Source of the DNA: an uncultured Desulfospira sp.
GTDB taxonomy: Bacteria > Desulfobacterota > Desulfobacteria > Desulfobacterales > Desulfobacteraceae
Reading direction: 5' to 3'
Length of the DNA stretch: 64,000 nt
Assembly (NCBI GenBank): GCA_963663165.1
Contig: OY760175.1
Coordinates: forward strand, 2,496,001 to 2,560,000
This document shows, in pieces, positions 28,618 to 36,547 of the stretch; position 1 is the stretch's first letter; each line of letters begins with the position of its first letter. Made by a program: the position numbers and the translations under genes. The notes beneath the pieces are model-generated. The model saw nothing but the letters and a program-made list of their open reading frames with translations, did not search any database and was not told the DNA's origin.

Positions 28618-28852
28618 GATTCTCTCCCTGTACTGTGTTAACGCAAAAGTTTTAAATTTTATAAGAATTATCCTGAAAAAAGGATACCGTTAATCTTCAA
28701 TGTAATTGAATTTTCCGGGTGCCGGTTCAAACAGGCGTACGGCTCGCTATCGCTATCGGGATCGAAAAATTCGGTGCGCAGGCTTTTGTGTCCAACGGTT
28801 GACATGAGACCGCTTTATTTATCGTTTAAAAACAGTATATTATATAACCAAT

Positions 28853-28884
28853 GGTGGGCAACGCTGCGCTTTTGCCCACCCTAC
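28853..28884 (-). repeat. GTAG-type REP element
   Basis: Minus strand GTAG-GGTGGGCAAAAGCGCAGCGTTGCCCACC hairpin. A degenerate partner arm may lie at ~28771-28797. Confidence 0.75.
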
Positions 28885-28890
28885 CGAGCT

Positions 28891-28932
28891 ACCCAAATCC
28901 CATATCCCATATCCCAAGTCCCATATCCCAAA
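28891..28932. repeat. Heptamer tandem array (TCCCATA family), 6 units
   Basis: ACCCAAA TCCCATA TCCCATA TCCCAAG TCCCATA TCCCAAA, abutting the ABC ATPase stop. Confidence 0.92.
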
Positions 28933-28933
28933 T

Positions 28934-30703
28934 CTATACCCCCATCAGATGCCGGGTATAGGCATGCCCCGGGTTTGACAGGATCTGCACGGCAGGCCCC
29001 ATCTCAACCATGGAACCGCTTTGCATCACACCGATCCGGTCGGCAATCTTGCGGGCCACCCCCATGTCATGGGTGACAAAGAGCATGGTCAGCCCCTTTT
29101 CAATCTGCAAATTGAGCAGCAGTTTAAGGATCTTGGCCTGAACGCTGGGGTCCAGTGCGCTGGTGGGTTCATCGGCAACGATCAGTTCCGGCCCGAGAAT
29201 CAGGGCCCTGGCAATGCACAGCCGCTGGAGCGCCCCCATGTTAAGCTCTCCAGGATACCGTTTAAGGAAGGAGGGATCAACCGACAGATGGGCATCGGTC
29301 AACGCCTGGACAACCCGCTGACGGATCTCCTCATCTTTAGAGGAAAGGCCCTGGATGACAAGAGGCTCTGCCACAATATCAAACACCGTCAGGCGGTGGC
29401 TGACCGCTTCAGCCGGATTCTGGTAGATGACCCCGATGTGCCGGGCCAGGGAGCGGTAGTTTTCTTTTTGCCATCCATCCATATCCCGGCCCTCAAAAAT
29501 GCGCTGCCCGGTATCGGGTTTGATCACACCGGCCCCAATCATGGACAGGGTGGTTTTCCCGGACCCGGTCTCCCCCACCAGGCAGAAAATCTCACCGGAC
29601 TTCAGGGTTAAATTGGTTGTGCAAAGGGCGGGAACACCATTATAGGCCTTGCGCACCCCTTTAAGTTCCAGCCGTTCTGCAATCCCCCCCCTGAGGCAGC
29701 GGATCATGCGGTTCCCCTCACCCGTCAGCATCACATTCTCACGAAAACAGGCATCCACCGTCTGGGAACACCGGGGATGAAAAAGGCACCCGTCTGACGG
29801 CCCGTGGCTGTCGTCATGAAGTGATCCGGCATGGTGGTGATGGCTTACCGGGTCTTCCCCTTCAATCTCCCGGGCATGGCGGTGGGTGATCCGGTAAAAG
29901 GCGTCCCCCCGGATACCGCCCAGGTCCCGGGGATTTCCCATGCCGGGAAAGGAACGGCCCAACCCCAGGGTATAGGGATGGCGGGGGTCCAGGAAAAGGG
30001 TTTTGCCCGGCAGAATTTCCATGATCTGGCCCAGGTATAACACGGCGATGTCGTGGGCCAGGCGGTCTGCCAGATCCAGGTCATGGGTGATGAGCAAAAT
30101 GGCTTTGCCCCTGGCTGCCAGGTCCTGGATAACCGTTGTCAAAAAGGTTTTGGTCACCGTATCCAGGGCTGAGGTGGGCTCATCAAGGATCACCACCCCG
30201 GGATCCATGATCAGGGCCATGCCCATAAGGGCCCGCTGGATCTCCCCGCCGCTGAGCTCATGGGGAAAACAGCGCCCCTTTTCCTTTGGCAGGTGCATCT
30301 GTTCAAGGACCCGGGCGGCCTGCTCACGGGCAGGTTTTGCCTTGACCTGTCCCTGGACCATCAAAGGTTCTGCCACCTGGTCGATAACCGGGTATACCGG
30401 ATTAAAGTTGGCGGCCCCGTTCTGAAACACCATGGCCACCCGGGACCACCGGACCTTGTTGAGTTCGGCTTCGGCGAGGTCTGTAAGTTCCGTTCCATTT
30501 AACCGGATATGCCCGGAACGCGTTGCTGTTTCCGGCAGCAACCCCATCACAGCCTTTCCCAAGGTGGTCTTGCCGGACCCTGATTCCCCCACCAGGGCCG
30601 TGATCCGGCCGGGTCTCAAATCCAGGCTGACCTTTTCAAGGGCCAGAAGATCGTGGGTGCCGTTCCGGTAGGTGACGGATAAATCTTTAATTTGCAGTGT
30701 CAA
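28934..30703 (-). CDS. ABC transporter ATP-binding protein with two fused NBDs (Opp/Dpp/Nik type) and a His-rich linker
   Basis: GESGSGKT and GETGSGKT Walker A motifs, LSGG, and two DEPTSALD motifs. Confidence 0.95.
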   Translation of the reverse strand: MTLQIKDLSVTYRNGTHDLLALEKVSLDLRPGRITALVGESGSGKTTLGKAVMGLLPETATRSGHIRLNGTELTDLAEAELNKVRWSRVAMVFQNGAANFNPVYPVIDQVAEPLMVQGQVKAKPAREQAARVLEQMHLPKEKGRCFPHELSGGEIQRALMGMALIMDPGVVILDEPTSALDTVTKTFLTTVIQDLAARGKAILLITHDLDLADRLAHDIAVLYLGQIMEILPGKTLFLDPRHPYTLGLGRSFPGMGNPRDLGGIRGDAFYRITHRHAREIEGEDPVSHHHHAGSLHDDSHGPSDGCLFHPRCSQTVDACFRENVMLTGEGNRMIRCLRGGIAERLELKGVRKAYNGVPALCTTNLTLKSGEIFCLVGETGSGKTTLSMIGAGVIKPDTGQRIFEGRDMDGWQKENYRSLARHIGVIYQNPAEAVSHRLTVFDIVAEPLVIQGLSSKDEEIRQRVVQALTDAHLSVDPSFLKRYPGELNMGALQRLCIARALILGPELIVADEPTSALDPSVQAKILKLLLNLQIEKGLTMLFVTHDMGVARKIADRIGVMQSGSMVEMGPAVQILSNPGHAYTRHLMGV

Positions 30704-31539
30704 AATACCCCCTTGAGCCTTGGATCAAATACCTTTTCCAGACTGATGGAAAGAAAGGTCACCGTCATGATCAGCAGGGTCAGTAAGAGAACCGGCGGAA
30801 AAAGCCAGTTCCACCAGATGTCCAGGTAATAGTATTTTAAGGCGTGGCTGATCATGATCCCCAAAGATTTCCGGCTCGGGTCCATCAGCCCTAAAAATGC
30901 CAGGGAAGACTCCATGAACATGGCCATGCGCGTCTTGGTGGAAAAACCGATCAGATAAAGGGGAAACAGTTCGGGCATCAGGTGCCGGATAATGATATAC
31001 CGCCCGGTGGCCCCCATCTGCCTGGCCGCATGGATATGAAGGCGGCTTTTGACCACCAGGGCCTGGGCCCTCACCCCCTTGGCCGTAGTGGGCCAGATCA
31101 TGACCGACATGATCAGGGCCAGGATCAAGGGAGAGGGGCAAAACAATGAAGCGGTGATGATCAGGATCATGACGGCAGGGATGGCCAGAAGAATATCGGC
31201 CAGCCGCATGGTAAACTGATCCAGAATCCCGCCGAACCATGCGGCGGACAACCCCAGCACCACCCCGAGAATCAGGGAGACAAACCCGGCGGTCAGGCCG
31301 AATAGGGCCGTATTGCGCATCCCGAACAAAAGCTCGGAGAAAATATCCATGCCCCCGTCATTGACCCCGAGAAAGTTTTCCGCCGACGGCGGGCTCAAGG
31401 GGATAAAAGAGATGTCATCGGGGGCGTGGGGGGCAAAGGGCGGTCCGGCCAGGGCAAGGGTGAACAGCACCAGGGCCATGAGCGCGCCCGCCGCAAACCA
31501 GGGGTCCCGGATCAATTCACGGTAAATTTTAGTCCCCAT
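30700..31539 (-). CDS. ABC transporter permease (OppC/NikC-like)
   Basis: PPS..N.LG.NDGG.DIFS, EAA-like HAARQMGA and SLAFLGL motifs. Confidence 0.93.
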   Translation of the reverse strand: MGTKIYRELIRDPWFAAGALMALVLFTLALAGPPFAPHAPDDISFIPLSPPSAENFLGVNDGGMDIFSELLFGMRNTALFGLTAGFVSLILGVVLGLSAAWFGGILDQFTMRLADILLAIPAVMILIITASLFCPSPLILALIMSVMIWPTTAKGVRAQALVVKSRLHIHAARQMGATGRYIIIRHLMPELFPLYLIGFSTKTRMAMFMESSLAFLGLMDPSRKSLGIMISHALKYYYLDIWWNWLFPPVLLLTLLIMTVTFLSISLEKVFDPRLKGVF

Positions 31540-32494
31540 GGTTCACCCGCGGATCAATAAAGGCATAGGTATATTCCAGCACCAGGTTGATGAACAGCAC
31601 CATCAGGGAAGACAAAAGAACAATTCCCTGGACCAGCTGAAGGTCCCGGACGGCAATGGCGTTAAAGAGCAGGGTCCCAAGCCCGGGATAGGAATAGATG
31701 GTTTCCACCACCAGAGCCCCCGTGACCATAAAGGCAATGCGAAGGCCAAACCGGGTCACCATGGGCAGCAGGGCGTTGCGCGCGGCATGGGCATACCGGA
31801 TCCGTGCCGGGGGAAGCCCCTTTGCCCTGGCCGTCTGCATAAAGGGCTCCTTGAGAATCATGACAATACTGGCCCGGGTGAGCAGAAAATTACCGGGGAA
31901 ATAGGCCAGCACCAGGGTGGAAAAGGGCAATGCCAGGTGCCGGATCAGGTCCCCTGCCCACTGCAGGGGGGACTGGATGGCGTAAGCTGTCTGTGCCCCG
32001 GACGCCGGGAACCACCCCAGGTTCAAAGAAAAAACCAGCAGCAGCCCCACTCCTGTGGTAATTTCCGGCATGCCTTCCAGAACGGTCATGCACCCGACCC
32101 CGATCTTTTCGATCTTAAGTCCCCGGCGCCATGCGGTTTCCACCCCGGCCGCAAACCCGAAAACCATGGCAAACAGGTGGGCACTGCCCATGAGCAGCAA
32201 GGTCCACGGCAGGGACTCCAGGATCAGCTCACTGATGGGGGTCAAAAAGGCATAGGAGTATCCCCAGTTCAGGGTGACCAGATCCTTCACATAGGTGACG
32301 AACCCGTCCTGCCGGGCATAATAAGCCTGCATCTCATCGACCTGGGCCTGGGTCAGGGTCACATGGGATGAACCGTACATGGCGGTCACAAAATCCCCGG
32401 GCAGCATCCGGGGCAGGCCATAACCGGCAACCACCAGGATCAGGCCTGCCGCAAGGTAAGCCGCCGCTGTTTTTAGAAAACCGCCTTTTGGCAT
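31529..32494 (-). CDS. ABC transporter permease (OppB/NikB-like)
   Basis: LPGD, TARAKGL...I...HA.RNALLP and VETI.SYPGLG motifs. Confidence 0.94.
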   Translation of the reverse strand: MPKGGFLKTAAAYLAAGLILVVAGYGLPRMLPGDFVTAMYGSSHVTLTQAQVDEMQAYYARQDGFVTYVKDLVTLNWGYSYAFLTPISELILESLPWTLLLMGSAHLFAMVFGFAAGVETAWRRGLKIEKIGVGCMTVLEGMPEITTGVGLLLVFSLNLGWFPASGAQTAYAIQSPLQWAGDLIRHLALPFSTLVLAYFPGNFLLTRASIVMILKEPFMQTARAKGLPPARIRYAHAARNALLPMVTRFGLRIAFMVTGALVVETIYSYPGLGTLLFNAIAVRDLQLVQGIVLLSSLMVLFINLVLEYTYAFIDPRVNHGD

Positions 32495-32495
32495 A

Positions 32496-34085
32496 TCACT
32501 TGATCAGGGACATCTTGTTCTGGGGAATGGGGATGCCTTTGCTGATACCGCCTTTGGTATAGTACCAGGTAATCCCCTTTTCCGGATTGTAAGCCGCCTT
32601 TGAATCGGGACTGTAAAGGGAAATGGCCGGCAGGTCTTCTGCGTAAAGTGCCTGGATCTTAAAAACAATGGCCTTTCGTTTATCCGGGTCCATTTCCAGC
32701 ATCTGGTCTGCCTGCAACTGTTCCAGTTCAGGGTTGGCATCATAACGGGCGCTGTTGACCGAGCCTGCCCCAAACTTGGAAGAGATCATCTCATTGAGAA
32801 TCCGGGCATCCCCGCAGATGCCGCCATGGCCGGATACGGCCAGGTCAAAGTCCCAGTTTTTAACCCGGCTGTCCGTAGTGGCCTGCTCTAAGTTCACCAG
32901 ATTGACCTTGATGCCGACGGCTTCCAATTGTTTCTTGATCACTTCGCCGTCCCGGTCCGCCACGGTTTCACCGGCAACGGTGATATTTGAGGAGAGCAGT
33001 TCAATTTCAAGAGGCTTGCCGTCTTTGGCAAAATACCCGTCAGCCCCTTTCTTGAACCCAATTTCCTGAATCAGGGCCGCGGCCTTTTCAGGGTCATATG
33101 AATAGACCGGGGTCTTTGGGTTGTACATCTCATGGTCCTTGCTCAACAGGCCGTAAGAGGCCGGGAAGGCAAATCCCCGGTGGGCCTTGTCAATGATCTC
33201 CTGCTGGCTGACGGCATGGGCCAGGGCATGGCGGAACCCTTTGTCGCTGAACGGAAATTTTTTGTGATTAATCATCAGCTTTTTGTTCCAGCCCCGTTCA
33301 TCGGAAATAATGACCATCCCTTTTTTCTTGAGGGTGTCTGCCATCTCGGGTTTGATGTTGGCCAGGTCAACCTCGCCGTTCATCAGGGAAAGCAAGGGTT
33401 TTTTGGATTTGACATAGATCAGGCGGTCCGCCTTGGGGGCACCCAGGTGGTAATCGGCAAAGGCCTCATACAGGTAAGTCCCCTGGGCTTTATTGAAATC
33501 CTTGAACATATAAGGGCCGCTGCCGATAAAGGCCTTGGGGTCATTGAAGGTTTTGGGATCATCCACGGATTCCCAGATGTGTTTGGGCAGAATGACCATG
33601 GTCCCCCCGATATCGGACAGAAACGGAGAGTAGCCCCTGGAAAGGGTAATGATGACCTTATGGGGGCCGACTGCCTCTGAATGGCTTACGGCATCTACGG
33701 TGATCCATGAGTAGGGATGCTTTTTATAATATTCAAGGCTGAAAACCACATCTTCGGCGGTCAGGGGTTTGCCGTCGTGCCATTTGGCCCTGGGGTCGAG
33801 ATCAAAGGTAAAGGCCATTTTTTCCTGGTCAAAGGACCAGGTCTTGGCCAGACAGGGAATATACCCGTTGGCGTCTTTCCAGATCAGGGAATCAAATACC
33901 AGGCTCATCCGGACGTAACCGGGGCCTCTCGGGTAGTGGCGGTAAGGATTGGGATATCCCCAGTCGCCTTTGCCGTCACCAATCCTGACCTCTGATGAAA
34001 AGGACGGGGTACCGATTCCCGCCCCCAAAATCACCAAACACACCATCAAACACAGCACACTGATCTTGCGAAAAAATGCGTTCAT
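32496..34085 (-). CDS. ABC transporter substrate-binding protein, family 5 (NikA/OppA-like)
   Basis: Signal peptide, LAK.W, KWHDGKPLTAEDVVFS and GSGPY motifs. Confidence 0.93.
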   Translation of the reverse strand: MNAFFRKISVLCLMVCLVILGAGIGTPSFSSEVRIGDGKGDWGYPNPYRHYPRGPGYVRMSLVFDSLIWKDANGYIPCLAKTWSFDQEKMAFTFDLDPRAKWHDGKPLTAEDVVFSLEYYKKHPYSWITVDAVSHSEAVGPHKVIITLSRGYSPFLSDIGGTMVILPKHIWESVDDPKTFNDPKAFIGSGPYMFKDFNKAQGTYLYEAFADYHLGAPKADRLIYVKSKKPLLSLMNGEVDLANIKPEMADTLKKKGMVIISDERGWNKKLMINHKKFPFSDKGFRHALAHAVSQQEIIDKAHRGFAFPASYGLLSKDHEMYNPKTPVYSYDPEKAAALIQEIGFKKGADGYFAKDGKPLEIELLSSNITVAGETVADRDGEVIKKQLEAVGIKVNLVNLEQATTDSRVKNWDFDLAVSGHGGICGDARILNEMISSKFGAGSVNSARYDANPELEQLQADQMLEMDPDKRKAIVFKIQALYAEDLPAISLYSPDSKAAYNPEKGITWYYTKGGISKGIPIPQNKMSLIK

Positions 34086-34251
34086 ACCATATCACCTTTT
34101 AGTTTTAATTTTTTTTAAAAAATGAATCGGCACCATACCAATACATTTTCCCCGTTCAGGGGCAGACAGCCTTCATGGCGTGTTGATGATAAACTATGGA
34201 CTGGACTTTAAACATTACCGGGCAAGACCTTCGTGATCTTATTGATCCGGT

Positions 34252-34280
34252 ATATAGGCCACAAACCTTGTTTTTGTCAA
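34252..34280 (-). promoter_or_regulatory. Sigma-70-type promoter for the ABC operon
   Basis: Minus strand TTGACA followed after 17-18 nt by (C)TATATA. Confidence 0.55.
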
Positions 34281-34329
34281 CCAAAGTCGGCATTCCGGCC
34301 AGGGCCGTCATATCTCTCCTGCCTGAAGA

Positions 34330-34452
34330 GTTTCAGGACTTAGGACTTGGGGGGAAGATTAAGGCTTCAAGGATCTAAATGTATAGACTTTAGACCCAAG
34401 AGCCCTAAAGGTAGCGCAAGTCTAACGTCTGAAGTCTAATGTCTAAAATCTA
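34330..34452. repeat. Heptamer array with inverted arms (TAGACTT / AAGTCTA family)
   Basis: TAGACTT TAGACCC ... AAGTCTA ACGTCTG AAGTCTA ATGTCTA AAATCTA, preceded by AGGACTT AGGACTT. Confidence 0.85.
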
Positions 34453-34462
34453 TTTTAACGGC

Positions 34463-35083
34463 TTACCCCGCAGCCCGGATGCCGGCAAGGGAAAACCGGG
34501 TGATATGGGCGGCCATCCGATTGATCAGGTCCTGGTCCAAGGGGTGGTTTACGAAGTATTCGAGATCCCGGGGATTAATAGACAGCGGAATCCGGCACTG
34601 AATGGCAATGGACAGTTCACAAAAGGCCAGGGTTTCTGCATCCGGGTTAAAGCCCATAATGCGGCGGATAATCTCCTGCAGCTGGGAGCGCCTTGGCTTA
34701 ACCAGATCATACCAGGCCTCCCGGATCAGCCCGGTGGGATTGCTCAGTTCCATCATGTAAAGCCGGGTAAAATACCCTTTCTCCCCGGGGTCAAAACAAT
34801 TTTCCACCAGGTCCCGGATATAGGTTTCCAGCTGTTTTTCAGGGGATTCATTTTCCCGGTCAGCGGACACCGGGCGGCCAAACTTTTCTACGGCATACTG
34901 CCAGCATTCTGAATAAAGTTTGGATTTTCCGTCAAAATAATAATTAACCGATGCCCGGTTGGCACCGGCCTGCTCGCAGATTTCCCCCACCGTGGTCTTC
35001 TGGTATCCCTTTTGGGCAAACAACCGGCAGGCCGATTCCAACAGCCTGTTCCGGGTCTCTTTTCCGTCTTCCCTCTTGGTCAC
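34463..35083 (-). CDS. TetR/AcrR family regulator (CerR-like C-terminus)
   Basis: N-terminal HTH (A..LFA.KGY..TTV.EIC..AGAN...VNYYF..K), divergent from the RND operon. Confidence 0.92.
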   Translation of the reverse strand: MTKREDGKETRNRLLESACRLFAQKGYQKTTVGEICEQAGANRASVNYYFDGKSKLYSECWQYAVEKFGRPVSADRENESPEKQLETYIRDLVENCFDPGEKGYFTRLYMMELSNPTGLIREAWYDLVKPRRSQLQEIIRRIMGFNPDAETLAFCELSIAIQCRIPLSINPRDLEYFVNHPLDQDLINRMAAHITRFSLAGIRAAG

Positions 35084-35117
35084 GCACCGCCTCCAAAACC
35101 CTTTGATAAAGAAGTAT

Positions 35118-35179
35118 TTGACAACATTTATACTTCCCTATAGACTATCTCAAACTTTTATTTTAAACAAGCGTTTAAA
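35118..35179 (+). promoter_or_regulatory. RND operon promoter and probable TetR operator
   Basis: TTGACA(35118)-N17-TAGACT, and the palindrome TTTAAAC-AAGC-GTTTAAA (35162-35179). Confidence 0.7.
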
Positions 35180-35197
35180 TTTCTCATGGGAGGAAAA

Positions 35198-36547
35198 ATG
35201 AGAGGAAAAACGACCTTAACCTGTTCTCTTAAACTTGGCCTGTTTGTGCCGGCCGCAATATTTCTTTGCCTGATGATGGCCGGATGTGAAAAGTCCCAGC
35301 AGCAGTCGTCTCAGGCGCCGGCAGCAGGTCCCCCTCCCAGAGTGGCCGTTGCAACGGTCACCCCCGAAAAGCTGATGCTGACCACAGAACTGCCGGGAAG
35401 GACCACCGCCTGCCGGGTGGCCCAGATCAGGCCCCAGGTCAGCGGCCTGATCCAGAAGCGGCTCTTTACTGAAGGCGCAAGGGTTGAGGCAGGCCAGGTG
35501 CTTTACCAGATTGACCCGGCCACTTTTGAGGCGGCGGTGGACAATGCCATGGCCAATTGTGCTGCGGCAAAAGGGGCGGCAGCCCGGGCAAAGGCAGCAC
35601 TCCAGGCCAGCATTTCCGACAAAGAGCGGATTGCTGCCACCCTGAACTTGTCCCAGATCAACCGGAAACGGTATGAAACCCTGTTTGAGAAAAAAGTTGT
35701 GTCAGCCATTCAACGGGACCAGGCCGTAACCGAGGCCAAGGCGGCCACCGCCTCCCTTGAAGCAGCCAAAGCCATGGTGGAATCAAACCGCCAGGCCGTT
35801 GATACTGCCCAGGCCACCATCCAACAGGCCCAGGCCCTCCTCAAAACCGCCCGGATCAACCTGTCCTACACCCGGATCACCGCCCCCATTCCCGGCCGGA
35901 TCGGACGGTCTGCCGTAACCGAAGGGGCCATTGTCACGGCTTACCAGCCCCTGGCCCTGACCACCATTCACCAGATGGACCCTATGTTCGTGGATGTGCC
36001 CCAGTCCACCACGGAACTGCACCGCCTAAGGCAGAAGCTCAAACAGGGCAGCATCAATCAAAACGGTTCCACACAGAACCAAGTTAGGCTTATCCTTGAA
36101 GATGAAACCGCCTATCCCCTGGAAGGAACCCTGGAATTCCAGGACATTACCGTGGAGCAGTCCACGGGCTCGATCATTTTACGGGCCGTGTTTCCCAATC
36201 CGGACCAGATTCTTCTCCCGGGCATGTTTGTCCGGGCCGTTATCAACGAGGGCACCCGAAATGAAGCCATCCTCATCCCCCAGCAGGCGGTGTCAAGGGA
36301 CACCAAAGGCAACCCCATTGTCCTGACCGTCACCCCGGATAATAAGGTTGGGCGCAAAACCGTTGCCATTGACCGGGCCGTCAACAACCAGTGGCTGGTA
36401 TCCTCCGGACTGTCGGCCGGAGAACGGCTGATCGTGGAAGGCTCCCAGCGGGTAAGGCCCGGGGCCACGGTCCAGGCCGTTCCTTTTGAAGATAAGCCTG
36501 CCGATCCCAACAAACCCGGCGCGGCCAAATCTGACGGAGGCCACTGA
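35198..36547 (+). CDS. acrA: RND efflux periplasmic adaptor (membrane fusion lipoprotein)
   Basis: Lipobox MAGC, IRPQVSG.I.KRLF.EG, ITAPI.GRIG and LLPGMFVRA motifs. Family-level assignment. Confidence 0.9.
   Translation: MRGKTTLTCSLKLGLFVPAAIFLCLMMAGCEKSQQQSSQAPAAGPPPRVAVATVTPEKLMLTTELPGRTTACRVAQIRPQVSGLIQKRLFTEGARVEAGQVLYQIDPATFEAAVDNAMANCAAAKGAAARAKAALQASISDKERIAATLNLSQINRKRYETLFEKKVVSAIQRDQAVTEAKAATASLEAAKAMVESNRQAVDTAQATIQQAQALLKTARINLSYTRITAPIPGRIGRSAVTEGAIVTAYQPLALTTIHQMDPMFVDVPQSTTELHRLRQKLKQGSINQNGSTQNQVRLILEDETAYPLEGTLEFQDITVEQSTGSIILRAVFPNPDQILLPGMFVRAVINEGTRNEAILIPQQAVSRDTKGNPIVLTVTPDNKVGRKTVAIDRAVNNQWLVSSGLSAGERLIVEGSQRVRPGATVQAVPFEDKPADPNKPGAAKSDGGH

Noticed and set aside
34086..34260. 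Cobalamin, NiCo or yybP-ykoY riboswitch
   Set aside because: Core consensus elements were not found on the coding strand. A GGCAAGACCTT resemblance lies on the wrong strand.
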